Shown here: piece by piece, positions 19,496 to 28,359 of the stretch | How the letters are laid out: the number at the start of each line of letters is the position of its first letter | Numbering within the stretch: position 1 is the first letter of the stretch | Origin: Acidimicrobiales bacterium | GTDB taxonomy: Bacteria; Actinomycetota; Acidimicrobiia; Acidimicrobiales; SHLQ01 | NCBI GenBank assembly: GCA_020628865.1 | Contig: JAHDEJ010000002.1 | Location: 136,643-200,642, forward strand | DNA length: 64,000 nt | Reading direction: 5' to 3' | Program-made: the position numbers and the translations under genes | Notes under the pieces: generated by a model | Databases searched by the model: none | What the model was told of the DNA's origin: nothing | The model's input: the letters and a program-made list of their open reading frames with translations, nothing else

Positions 19496-19571
19496 GCGCC
19501 TCTAGCTCAATTGGCAGAGCATCGGACTCTTAATCCGCAGGTTCTGGGTTCAAGTCCCAGGGGGCGTACCA
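19496..19571 (+). tRNA. tRNA-Lys (anticodon CUU), CCA encoded; its 3' half is the island attachment site
   Basis: The sequence is GCGCCTCTAGCTCAATTGGCAGAGCATCGGACTCTTAATCCGCAGGTTCTGGGTTCAAGTCCCAGGGGGCGTACCA, with anticodon loop CT-CTT-AA. Position 1:72 is a G-U wobble here. Confidence 0.9.
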
Positions 19572-19625
19572 CGAAAACCCCTGATTTCTCAACGAAAGTT
19601 GAGGGTCAGGGGTTCTTTCGTTTTC
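19527..19625 (+). repeat. attL: 99-bp direct repeat covering the tRNA-Lys anticodon loop to 3' end plus the downstream terminator
   Basis: It matches 28360-28458 at 94 of 99 positions. The first 40 bp (19527-19566) are identical, and all 5 mismatches lie 3' of that. Confidence 0.85.
19576..19625 (+). terminator. Intrinsic terminator after tRNA-Lys
   Basis: AACCCCTGA (19576-19584) pairs with TCAGGGGTT (19606-19614). An inner stem CTCAAC/GTTGAG has a GAAA loop. The sequence CTTTCGTTTTC follows. Confidence 0.7.
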
Positions 19626-19640
19626 GCCAAGCAGGCTCCC

Positions 19641-19664
19641 GTGGTCACGAGGTGGTCACGGGAG
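19641..19664 (+). promoter_or_regulatory. Candidate integrase arm-type site (P' arm), tandem TGGTCACG
   Basis: GTGGTCACGAGGTGGTCACGGGAG lies 16 bp inside the island from attL. It recurs with one mismatch at 28210-28233. Confidence 0.4.
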
Positions 19665-19772
19665 TTCCGTAGGCTCTCAGGCGTTCCTGTGTCAGGCGGC
19701 ACAGCTGGGAGTGGGAATAGACCGCCGTCGATGTTGTTGCGCGGTCCGTCGAAACAACAGGGCTGTGATTAC

Positions 19773-20567
19773 ATGAATGCAATTCTTGACGGCGCACGAC
19801 AGATCAGGGTGCAGCTAGCGACTGGCTACACAGTCCTCCTCTGCGGGTGGATGACCTTGCCAGGTCTTCGCCAGATTGAGGACCCTTTCCTCGTCAGGTT
19901 GGGTGATCTGTTCTCTCAGCTCGGTCCTGCAAGCCGATCTGTCGCGCTCACCTTCCTCGCCTTGTTGATGGGAGGTGCGATCGGGCGGCTTTTTCTGGAC
20001 AGGCTTCTGGATTGGATCGAGCTTCGAATCTGTCCGAGTTGGGATGCCTTCATCCAGATGGCCGTGGATGACGTCTGCGCGCACGACTCCTTCGATATTT
20101 CCAATCAACCGAACACGCAAACCGCTACGGTCACGAAAGTCCCTTCCGGGTTTAGAACACAGGAGATGGGAATCGAAGTGGCGAATCGACGTCGTTCCCG
20201 GTCAGACGCCCGGTTCCGCGTTTCTCTTCTGATTCTCTTGGTGCCCGTGCTGCCGGTAGTGTTGTACGTCGGAGGATTCTTGTCGTCCGCCATCACGGTT
20301 GCGATTGCCCTTCTCCTGCTGGCGGATGTCTACACACTCGGCTCTCGGACAGCCCGCTACATGAACTTGCAGGAGCAAGATCGGATTCGAGAAGCGCTCA
20401 ACCGCTTGAATCGGGATATCGGCCACGCCCGGGATGACGAAAAGAAGGCGAGGATTTCCGCTAGGTGCCAGCAACTGGAAGAAGCAAAATCCTTTCTGGA
20501 GAAGCACCCTCGTGCGGTTGAAACTGGAATCACAACACCCGGTTGTGGTCATCTCCATCATCTGTAG
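19773..20567 (+). CDS. Hypothetical membrane protein (island cargo)
   Basis: The 264-aa product starts at ATG 19773 (MNAILDGARQIRV...) and has hydrophobic helices plus a charged helical C-terminus. The track ORF's upstream extension would run through attL and the terminator. Confidence 0.55.
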   Translation: MNAILDGARQIRVQLATGYTVLLCGWMTLPGLRQIEDPFLVRLGDLFSQLGPASRSVALTFLALLMGGAIGRLFLDRLLDWIELRICPSWDAFIQMAVDDVCAHDSFDISNQPNTQTATVTKVPSGFRTQEMGIEVANRRRSRSDARFRVSLLILLVPVLPVVLYVGGFLSSAITVAIALLLLADVYTLGSRTARYMNLQEQDRIREALNRLNRDIGHARDDEKKARISARCQQLEEAKSFLEKHPRAVETGITTPGCGHLHHL

Positions 20568-20581
20568 ACACGGGAGGGGCG

Positions 20582-21043
20582 ATGGATCCGGAACTCCAAG
20601 CGCTGCTGACAAGACTTGCTGAGGCGAGCGTTCGCAACTTGGCCTCGACGGTCCAAGACAAAATTCGTGCGAGCAAGGCGAAGAACAATTCGGCCGACAC
20701 AATCGCAACCCTTGAGGAGATCATCAACGAGATGCTGGCGGAGCGAGCCGAGCTGCTCCGCGTAGCTCAGGGGCTCGAGAGTGCGCTCGCAGGTCAACGC
20801 CTTTCGGAAGAGGACGTCGAGTTCGTCACGGAGCACCTCCTTCCAATCATTGCCGAGATGACGAATGGCGATGGCGTTCCGCAGTTGGAGGTGCTCCTAT
20901 CGACGGAAGCGCTGACGATCCTGCAGATCGTCGGCTTCAACTACCGCGAAGCGATTGGTAGGCCCCTAACCGAGGTCGTTTCGGCGTATGTTGCGAATCT
21001 CGCACCCGGCAACGCCAAACGGACACAGCAGAAGCGGAAGTAG
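20582..21043 (+). CDS. Hypothetical soluble alpha-helical protein (island cargo)
   Basis: The 153-aa product (MDPELQALLTRLAEASVRNL...) starts at ATG 20582, preceded by the RBS GGGAGGGG, 14 bp after the upstream stop. I recognise no family. Confidence 0.55.
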   Translation: MDPELQALLTRLAEASVRNLASTVQDKIRASKAKNNSADTIATLEEIINEMLAERAELLRVAQGLESALAGQRLSEEDVEFVTEHLLPIIAEMTNGDGVPQLEVLLSTEALTILQIVGFNYREAIGRPLTEVVSAYVANLAPGNAKRTQQKRK

Positions 21044-21055
21044 CTCGGCATCAAT

Positions 21056-22222
21056 TCACTCCAGCAACCCCGCCGCTGCTTCGGCGGCTTGGCGTTGTTG
21101 TCCGGGGAGGACGTGTCCGTAGACCTGGAGGGTGAAGGCGACGTTGGCGTGCCCGAGGCGTTCGCTGACGACTCTCGGGTTGACGCCTGCGGCGAGGAGT
21201 TGGGTGGCGTGGGTGTGTCGGAGTCCGTGGAGGGTGATGTAGGTGATCGGGAGTGTGCGGACGAAGTCCGTGAAGGTGCGGCTGATGTTGTCGGGGTGGT
21301 GGGGTTGGCCGGTGGGGCCGGTGAAGACGTAGTTGCCGGGGTGCCAGGCGTTGCCGACGAGTTCTCGTTGTTGGAACTGGTGGGTGTGGTGGTGTTTGAG
21401 GATGGTGGCGGTTTCGTCGTCGAGGTCGATGACTCGGCGGCTGCGGCGTGATTTGGGTGGGACGGTGGTGGGTTTGCCGTCGATGGTGATGAGCGTTTCG
21501 ATGACTCGGACGGTCTGGTTGATGTGATTGACGTTGTCCCACGTGAGGCCGAGGAGTTCGGCGCGGCGCATGCCGGTGAGGGCGGCGAGTCGGTAGAGGG
21601 CGAAGTGTTCGTGGGTTGCGGCGGCGTCGAGGAAGTGGCGGAGTTCGGTGGGGGTCCAGGCGGGTTTCTCGTTGTCGTCCTGGGCGGTTGAGGGTTTCTG
21701 GGCGAGTCGAGCGGGGTTGCCGATGATGAGGCCTTTGCGTTCGGCGTCGCCGAGGGCTTTACGGATGACTCGGTGGACTCGGATGACGGTGTGGGGCCCG
21801 AGGGGCCGGCCGTGCTGGCCGCCGCGTTCGGTGAGGGTTCGGTAGAGGGCTTCGAGGTGGAGGGGGCTGAGTTTCTGGAGTCGGACGTCGGTCATGTGGG
21901 GTCGGATGTAGCGGCGGATCTCGTTGCGGTAGTCCGAGAGGGTGCGCTCTTTGATGCCGGTGGCGGGGAGGGTGTCAATCCAGTGGTCGAGGTAGGTGAG
22001 GAAGGTCATGCGTTCGGCGTCGAAGTAGTCGCTGCCGGTGGCGATGGTGTTGCGGGCTTTGGCGAGGGCGTCGGCGGCGTCGGCCTGGGTGGCGAATCCT
22101 CGTTTGCGGCGTTGGCGGCGGTTGCCTTGGGCGTAGTCGGTGTGGAGATCGATGATGTATCCCCATCGGGTGTGTCCGGCCTTGGTCGTGTACTTGAAGA
22201 CTCCGGGTTGTTTGCGTGGCAT
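21056..22222 (-). CDS. int: Tyrosine recombinase / phage-type integrase
   Basis: The start MPRKQPGVFKYTTKAGHTRWGY... has a GGAGGA RBS. Catalytic signatures are present: LTGMRRAEL (Arg), HGLRHTHAT (H-x-x-R) and LQVYGHV (Tyr). Confidence 0.9.
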   Translation of the reverse strand: MPRKQPGVFKYTTKAGHTRWGYIIDLHTDYAQGNRRQRRKRGFATQADAADALAKARNTIATGSDYFDAERMTFLTYLDHWIDTLPATGIKERTLSDYRNEIRRYIRPHMTDVRLQKLSPLHLEALYRTLTERGGQHGRPLGPHTVIRVHRVIRKALGDAERKGLIIGNPARLAQKPSTAQDDNEKPAWTPTELRHFLDAAATHEHFALYRLAALTGMRRAELLGLTWDNVNHINQTVRVIETLITIDGKPTTVPPKSRRSRRVIDLDDETATILKHHHTHQFQQRELVGNAWHPGNYVFTGPTGQPHHPDNISRTFTDFVRTLPITYITLHGLRHTHATQLLAAGVNPRVVSERLGHANVAFTLQVYGHVLPGQQRQAAEAAAGLLE

Positions 22223-22400
22223 CAGGTTCCTCCGGTTCGGGGTGGGCCGTCGATGCCATGCCTGCTGCGTTCTTGACCCCGGGGCCGGCGGGGGCAAGTT
22301 GGAGCGCCCGGAGCGGAGCGAGGACGAACGAGCTTGCGGCCGTTGGTCCCGGGGTCCACACTGCGCGCCGGGATCGCCGCCCTCATTCGTTGTCGGATGC

Positions 22401-24794
22401 TCATCGTTCGATACCCATTCGGGGCTGGTGGTCGATGGCGGCGGTCTTGGCCTTCTCCGTGGCGAGGGTGCGATGGAAGTGGGCGGCTCGTTGTGCGAAC
22501 TCGAAGCGGAGTTCGTCGACGACGCTGTAGAGCCGGTTTTCGTTGCGGCCGCGGGAGAGGCCGGTGTAGGCGAGTTCTTTGTAGGTGGCGTCGTTGGCGA
22601 GCAGGAATGCGGAGTCGACGGTTATGCCTTGGGCTTTGTGGACGGTGAGGGCGTAGCCGTGTCCGAGGCGGCCGTTGGCGATGTAGTCGGCGGTGGCGAC
22701 GCGCCGGCTGCCGTCTGCGAGTCGGAGGTGAAGGTGTCCGGTCGGGGTGGCGGATTCGACAGTGGCTCGGGTGCCGTTGAGGAGGTCGTGTTTGTGGTCG
22801 TTGCGAAGCCCGATGACGTGGTCGCCCTGGTGGAAGGTGGCGTCGGGCGTTTCGACGAGCGCGGGGCCGAGTCGGTTGTGTCGGTGGAGGAGGTCTTGGG
22901 CCCGTTGGTTGAGGTCGAGGGCTTCGTGGCGGGTGGCGGTGAGCATGAGCGCGTCGTCACCTTCGAGGAAGCGTTCGCCCCAGTCGGCGACGACCTGGCT
23001 GCGCAGCGCGTCAGCGTTGTTCGAGACGATGGCGCCCCGGTGGTCGAGGAGGAAGGCGGCGTGTTCGAGCTGGTGGGTGCGGATGCTGTGGAGGATGGCG
23101 CGCTCGGTCGGGTTGGATTGCCGGCGGTTCTCTTCGAGGTGGTTGGCGGGGAGCCGGTGGGCGAGGGCGGCGAAGAGGCCGCCGGCGTCGAGTTCGGGGA
23201 GTTGGTGGGGGTCGCCGACGAGGATGAGCTTGCCTCCCGATTCGTGGGCTCGGCTGATGAGTTCGGCGAGTTGGCGGGTGCCGACCATGGCAGCTTCGTC
23301 GATGACGGTCACCGCATTGGGGCGCGGTTTCTGTTCGAGGAGCCGGTGGATGGTCGTGGAGTGGATGCCGCTCGAGTTCTGGAGATTCCTTGCGGCCGTG
23401 GCCGACAGGGCGGCGCCCTGGATGCGTTGGCCGACCGGGAGGCTCTCCCGGATGGCGTCGAGGGCGAAGGTCTTACCGCTACCGGGCGCGCCGATGACGA
23501 TGTCGACCGTGTTCCCGTCGGTGAGGATGCTGCGGACCATCGAAGCTTGTTCGGCGGACAGGCTCGGGCGCTCAGCGATGACGTCGTCGGCGGTTCGAGC
23601 TTCGAGCCGGGCGCTCAGCTCGTGGGTCTTCTTGCGGGCACCGATGCCAGCGACCACGATGTCGACGCTGCGCTGTTCGAGTTCGAGGATCTCCGGGGTC
23701 GTGTAAGTGCGGTCGGCGAGCTGGATGGCGTGTTCGCTGGACAGAAAGCCGGCGGCGGTGGCCATGATCTGGTCGAGCGTTGCCCCGTCGGTGGCTGCGT
23801 GGGCTGCCGCTGCAATGACGTGGCGCCGTTCGAACGTCGATGTCTGTTCGGTGACCGAGACGGCGAGCTGTTCGTTGGTGGGTGCGTAGTGGGGCTGGCG
23901 AGTGACCGTCGGGACGGTGTCGAGGGTGAAGCCGAGTTCGTCGAAGCGTTCGGCCCAGCGGGCTCGCTGGTCCCACGTTTCGACCTCGTCGCCTTTGGCG
24001 GTGCGTGTGGCGAGGGTGGAGACCTGCGCAGCGCGGCTGGTGACCGTGCCGCGCTTGGCCATGTCGCGGGTGATCGCGTGGCGGCGTTGGCTGAACTCGG
24101 CCCGGATCGTCTTGTCGATGCCAACGATTTCTGAGGTGCCGTGGTTGTCGGGCTCGGTGAAGAGCACGCCGAGCCGAGTGGCGAGCTCGTGGCGCAGGAC
24201 CGCTTGGTAGACGGCGTCGGCGGCATAGCGATTGGCGTAGAGCTGTCGGGTGTCGAGGCCAGTAGTGCGGCCGTCGGGGCCGGTCGAGGCGTTGATGATC
24301 AGGTTGTGGTTGTGGAACTGCGGGTCGGCATCATCTGATCGGCTGGTCGTGTGCGTGAACGTCACCACCGCAAGCCCACTGCCAGGGTGGTGGTCGACGC
24401 CGCCTCGCCCACGCCGTACGCCACAGGCCTCGGCTCCGAGGAAGGCGAGCATCGCCGAGTTCGCCGACTCCAGTGCTTCCAGCGCCTCGGCGCGCCGGTG
24501 GCCGGTAGCGGCGGCTTCGAACACCGACACCGACTTCGGTGGACTCGAGGTGACATCGAAGAACGCCCGCTGAACCGCGGTAGCCGTCAACCGATCTCCG
24601 GAGGCTGGGTGACGGCCGGAAAGCAGCGCTTCGGCGTCGCCGCGCTCGAGCGGGCCGGCGAGGCCGAGCTCAGCGGCCAGCGCGCCGGAGGCAATGCCGT
24701 TGTGTTGCTCGTCGACGTAGTAGCCGAGCGGGGTCGGGCCGGTCGGCTCGTTGAGGTAGTAGCCGAGGTCCTGGGGCTTGCCGATCGAAATCAC
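22401..24794 (-). CDS. MobF-family conjugative relaxase (TrwC/TraA-like relaxase domain plus RecD-like helicase/ATPase)
   Basis: The N-terminus ISIGKPQDLGYYL...LGYYVDE holds catalytic Tyr pairs. The His triad is HTTSRSDDADPQFHNHNLI and Walker A is VIGAPGSGKT. The start codon is GTG. Confidence 0.88.
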   Translation of the reverse strand: MISIGKPQDLGYYLNEPTGPTPLGYYVDEQHNGIASGALAAELGLAGPLERGDAEALLSGRHPASGDRLTATAVQRAFFDVTSSPPKSVSVFEAAATGHRRAEALEALESANSAMLAFLGAEACGVRRGRGGVDHHPGSGLAVVTFTHTTSRSDDADPQFHNHNLIINASTGPDGRTTGLDTRQLYANRYAADAVYQAVLRHELATRLGVLFTEPDNHGTSEIVGIDKTIRAEFSQRRHAITRDMAKRGTVTSRAAQVSTLATRTAKGDEVETWDQRARWAERFDELGFTLDTVPTVTRQPHYAPTNEQLAVSVTEQTSTFERRHVIAAAAHAATDGATLDQIMATAAGFLSSEHAIQLADRTYTTPEILELEQRSVDIVVAGIGARKKTHELSARLEARTADDVIAERPSLSAEQASMVRSILTDGNTVDIVIGAPGSGKTFALDAIRESLPVGQRIQGAALSATAARNLQNSSGIHSTTIHRLLEQKPRPNAVTVIDEAAMVGTRQLAELISRAHESGGKLILVGDPHQLPELDAGGLFAALAHRLPANHLEENRRQSNPTERAILHSIRTHQLEHAAFLLDHRGAIVSNNADALRSQVVADWGERFLEGDDALMLTATRHEALDLNQRAQDLLHRHNRLGPALVETPDATFHQGDHVIGLRNDHKHDLLNGTRATVESATPTGHLHLRLADGSRRVATADYIANGRLGHGYALTVHKAQGITVDSAFLLANDATYKELAYTGLSRGRNENRLYSVVDELRFEFAQRAAHFHRTLATEKAKTAAIDHQPRMGIER

Positions 24795-24936
24795 CGGACC
24801 GCTCCCCCAGCTCTGGCGTGTGGGGTTGGGTTAGCGGCGACCTCACTCGCACCGATGGTGCATTGGTGTGAATGACCATCAGACCTGCGTGAGCACAGGC
24901 ATGAGGTCAAAGTCGTGAGGTCGGCCGTGAGGCCGA

Positions 24937-25158
24937 TCAACGCTCCGAATCGGATGGCAGATCGAGCTGCGTCATCCGCTCGAGTACAGCCAGCGGGACG
25001 CGCAGCGACCCACCGATCTTGATGTTCGGCAACCCCGCCTGCCCGCCGCTGTCCCGATACTGCTTCGCCGCCTCATACGCCGCATTGCGGGAAATCCGCA
25101 GCCGTTCCCCAGCCTCCGGGATCGTCAGAAACTGGTCGTCATCAATCGTGACCGCCAT
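24937..25158 (-). CDS. xis: Excisionase-family helix-turn-helix DNA-binding protein
   Basis: The 73-aa product contains FLTIPEAGERLRISRNAAYEAAK...IKIGGSLRVP, an HTH_17/excisionase-like pattern. The RBS is GAGGAGG, and the gene sits next to the relaxase and integrase. Confidence 0.7.
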   Translation of the reverse strand: MAVTIDDDQFLTIPEAGERLRISRNAAYEAAKQYRDSGGQAGLPNIKIGGSLRVPLAVLERMTQLDLPSDSER

Positions 25159-25351
25159 CGGTCCTCCTCAATCGTGGTCTTCCGCCACGAGTGGAGAAGC
25201 AGAGATTGCGACGTCGGCGCATGCCCTGACCCTGATCCACTGCAAGTGGTGTGTTGGTGTCGGCGCAAGTACGCACAAGCGCGTCGGCTCAGCTTGCGCA
25301 GCGAGGATCACCTGAGCGAGCCAGTGACGGCGATGCGGCTACCGTTGGCGC

Positions 25352-26026
25352 ATGACGCAATGGCGGCGGCAGGCACACGTCGAGCAGGCGCTTCAGGTGG
25401 CTCGATCCGGCGAGGTACCGACTCAGCCGCTTCGCTTGAGTCGACGGAACCGCTCGATCGTCCTGGACGCCGACTTCCTGGATGACCGGATCGCAACCGT
25501 GTGGATCGTGCGCCGTGGACAGATCGGTGAGCCCACCGACGTGTATGTGCGCCTCGGGCAAGAAGGTGGTCAATGGGCTGTTCTCGGTGGTGGGAGCAGC
25601 AGTCCAGGGCAAGACCTCGACTGGCGTCCAAGTCTTGCTGAGGCGGAAGCCATGCAACGGGGGCGAGCTCAGTGGAAGAGCTGTCCGTTCGGTGTCGTCG
25701 GAGGCGGATCGCAAGGGACTCTCAGTTGCGAGGCCAACACCATCTACTTGACGTTGGCAAGCGAGGTGGCAGAGCTTCGGTTCTCCGATCGCGATCCGAA
25801 GAGGGCGCCGCATCACGGCCGAATCGTGTTCCTTAGCTACGGAAACCGTGAGCCGGAGATGACAGCGTTCGACGCCGAGGGCACGAGCCTCGGGACCTAC
25901 AAGCCAAGCGAGTACTGGAAGGATTCGCCTCCACGCTTCGGGCCGCATCGATGGTGGTGGATACGACGCCGTGGGCGTCGAGGCTGGTTCACCTACGGAG
26001 CGAGAGCCCGGCTTCAAGAGGACTAG
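25352..26026 (+). CDS. Hypothetical protein (island cargo)
   Basis: The plus-strand 224-aa ORF has balanced composition and G/C-rich third positions. The overlapping minus ORF 25289..26047 is Ser/Pro/Arg-rich. The RBS is weak. Confidence 0.4.
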   Translation: MTQWRRQAHVEQALQVARSGEVPTQPLRLSRRNRSIVLDADFLDDRIATVWIVRRGQIGEPTDVYVRLGQEGGQWAVLGGGSSSPGQDLDWRPSLAEAEAMQRGRAQWKSCPFGVVGGGSQGTLSCEANTIYLTLASEVAELRFSDRDPKRAPHHGRIVFLSYGNREPEMTAFDAEGTSLGTYKPSEYWKDSPPRFGPHRWWWIRRRGRRGWFTYGARARLQED

Positions 26027-26118
26027 ATTTTCTGACGACTTCCACAACGCTGACGACCGGTCGAATCCGTTGCGTTTATTTCGTTTAGGTCGTACGGTTG
26101 GATGCCGAAGGAGGAGTC

Positions 26119-26544
26119 ATGGAAACAACTGTCGAGCCTGGCTCGTTGGATCAATCTGATATCGACAAGCTGATCGCGGGTCTCGACGCCGTAGGCGAAA
26201 CGCCGCGGCTGGTCGGACCCGACGGGGCTTCGGTTGAGCTGCCTGTCGAGATCCATGGGGTACTGCTTCGAGTCGTTGAAGAACTCCGTGCTGGAAACGG
26301 AATCTCCGTTGTTCCGGTCGAGACGGTGTTGACGACTGCGCAGGCAGCAGAGCTGCTCAACGTCAGTCGCCCGCACCTGGTCAAGCTTCTCGAGCAAGGA
26401 GCTCTGCCGCACCACATGGCGGGGTCCCACCGCCGGATCAAGTTCGGTGACCTGATGGCCTTCCGCGACCAACGGGTGCAGGAGCGGGAAGACGCTCTCG
26501 CGAAGATGCACGCGATTGCTGATGAATCGGGGATGGACCTGTAG
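26119..26544 (+). CDS. Excisionase-type HTH antitoxin
   Basis: ATG 26119 follows a strong RBS, AAGGAGGAG. The HTH is LTTAQAAELLNVSRPHLVKLLEQGALPH...RRIKFGDL. A PIN gene lies 11 bp downstream. Confidence 0.7.
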   Translation: METTVEPGSLDQSDIDKLIAGLDAVGETPRLVGPDGASVELPVEIHGVLLRVVEELRAGNGISVVPVETVLTTAQAAELLNVSRPHLVKLLEQGALPHHMAGSHRRIKFGDLMAFRDQRVQEREDALAKMHAIADESGMDL

Positions 26545-26555
26545 GTTCGGCGCAC

Positions 26556-27122
26556 GTGGCGGTCTTTCCAGTCATCCTCGACGCGAACGTCCTCTTCGGC
26601 ATCTTCCCAACCGACCTGCTCATCACGCTCGCCGGGCGACGCCTGTACCGTGCGCACTGGACAGAGGAAATCCTCGAAGAGGCACGACGGAACGTGATTG
26701 CCGAAAGGCCCGACCTTGATCCATCGGCTGTCAAGCGCCGTTTCGAGGCGATGAAGGCAGCGATGCCCGAAGCAATGCTCGACCCACCTCCACGCAACAT
26801 CGTTGCGTCGATGCCGAACGATGAGGGTGACCGACATGTGCTCGCCGCGGCCGTCATGGCTCGGGCTGAGGTCATTGTCACGGAAAACATCAGCGACTTC
26901 TCGCCGCAGGCGTGCAGCCCCTTCGGCGTTGAGGCTCAGACACTCGATCAGTTTCTCGGCTTCCTCGTCTCGCTCGATTCGGCTGAGGTGTGGAGCGCCA
27001 TCGAAGAGATGTCCCGACGTCGAACGAGGCCGCCAATGGCCCTTGACGACGTTGTTGCAACGCTCGAGCGGTATGCGCCGGCTGCGATGGGGCAGCTTCA
27101 AGAGACCCAGCGCATCTTGTGA
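26556..27122 (+). CDS. PIN-domain toxin (PIN_3-like)
   Basis: The translation VILDANVLFG...DEGDRHVLAAAVMARAEVIVTENISDF carries the acidic PIN residues. The start codon is GTG. Confidence 0.7.
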   Translation: MAVFPVILDANVLFGIFPTDLLITLAGRRLYRAHWTEEILEEARRNVIAERPDLDPSAVKRRFEAMKAAMPEAMLDPPPRNIVASMPNDEGDRHVLAAAVMARAEVIVTENISDFSPQACSPFGVEAQTLDQFLGFLVSLDSAEVWSAIEEMSRRRTRPPMALDDVVATLERYAPAAMGQLQETQRIL

Positions 27123-28162
27123 AGGGAATGCTGTCTATGTTGGAAATTCGAGGTCTGGCGGCAGCGGTGCTGCTTGCTGTCTTCATGAGCGGATGTGGTG
27201 GATCAACAACGGCCGATGAGTTGGTGACGCCAACGACCCAGCCACCCGAGCAGGGCGCTGGCGCCTCACCCGAGCCCACGACGACCTTCACCTCAAGCGT
27301 TGCGCCTGCGGAGACGACGACCACGACCACACAACCCGCCGTCGCGACAACCGCTGCAGTCACCACCACGTCCCTGAAGCTCGATGAGCTGCCAGTTCCT
27401 GGTGATGCGATCGAGCAGCTCGCAGGTCTCGTTGACGCCACGCTCGCCGTCCAGCGGCGATCGTTCAGTCTTACGTCGACGCGGATCGTCGACGCGGGTG
27501 AGACAGAGACGGTCATGGTCCGGAATGGGGCCTTCGACGCCGAGACGCAGACAGGTGAGGGAACCCTGTTCAACGTCGCTGATGGAGAAGCCTCGATGGT
27601 CGAAACCCGCCTTCTCCTCGGACAGGAGCACTGGTTCGGCAACGGTTCGTCGAACCCAGTTCAGTGGACCGGCATGAGCCTCAACGACGCACTCCAGCTC
27701 GCCAGTCACGACCTGATTGGCGAAATGACGGGAGACGTGTATCTGCAGGCCATTCGGACTGCGACGACCGCCGTCGAACGGATTGGTGTTGCCGCCGACG
27801 GGTCGGAACGCTGGTTCGTGTCCGTTGAGGCGGATCGAATGATCGACGTATTCGCTGCAAGCGACTTCTTCGCGACCTCTCTTCGGGCCAGAGGGGCCGA
27901 TGACACAGGCGTTACGCTGCTGCTTACCGTGGGAGTTGAACGGGGTCGGATCAAGTCGATCAGCGGTGACTTCAGCCCGTGGTGGTCCGAGGCATACGCA
28001 AAGCTCGTCGCCGGAAGCCTGTCGGCCACCTCCGACGGAAGCGAGCAGGGCTATCTCGAGCTGGCCTTTTCAGCTATCGACGGCCCAGTCCTCGTGAATC
28101 GACCGTGCAACGATCCTGTTGGTAGCACGGCGAACGACTCGATCAGCGTTCTGATCTGTTGA
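27119..28162 (+). CDS. Secreted lipoprotein, unknown function (island cargo)
   Basis: The signal peptide has the lipobox LAVFMSGC and is followed by a Thr/Pro-rich linker. The start overlaps the PIN stop as GTGA; ATG 27128 and 27137 are alternatives. Confidence 0.6.
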   Translation: MKGMLSMLEIRGLAAAVLLAVFMSGCGGSTTADELVTPTTQPPEQGAGASPEPTTTFTSSVAPAETTTTTTQPAVATTAAVTTTSLKLDELPVPGDAIEQLAGLVDATLAVQRRSFSLTSTRIVDAGETETVMVRNGAFDAETQTGEGTLFNVADGEASMVETRLLLGQEHWFGNGSSNPVQWTGMSLNDALQLASHDLIGEMTGDVYLQAIRTATTAVERIGVAADGSERWFVSVEADRMIDVFAASDFFATSLRARGADDTGVTLLLTVGVERGRIKSISGDFSPWWSEAYAKLVAGSLSATSDGSEQGYLELAFSAIDGPVLVNRPCNDPVGSTANDSISVLIC

Positions 28163-28209
28163 GCCACCCGCTGAAGTGCGCTTGAGGAACAACGCGAGGC
28201 GTGAGGCTC

Positions 28210-28233
28210 GTGGTCACGAGATGGTCACGGGAG
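28210..28233 (+). promoter_or_regulatory. Candidate integrase arm-type site (P arm)
   Basis: GTGGTCACGAGATGGTCACGGGAG lies 127 bp inside the island from attR, in the same orientation as 19641-19664. Confidence 0.4.
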
Positions 28234-28359
28234 ATCCGTGATTCGCCGAAACTAGCGGCAATCGGACGTGACGATCCGGTACAGGAAATCCGCCCTGGGG
28301 GTTGATAATTCAATGATTTTCGGGACCCGACAGGACCAGCCGGGATGGCGAGGCCGTCG

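Noticed and set aside
19599-19772. N-terminal extension of the island membrane-protein ORF (track start 19599).
   Set aside because: It would begin inside the tRNA-Lys terminator and attL repeat and run through the putative arm site. The internal ATG at 19773 begins the hydrophobic protein proper.
25289-26047. Minus-strand 252-aa ORF as the real gene in this island segment.
   Set aside because: Its Ser/Pro/Arg/Ala-rich composition looks like a shadow frame. The plus-strand 224-aa ORF has more balanced composition and G/C-rich third positions. Confidence is low either way.
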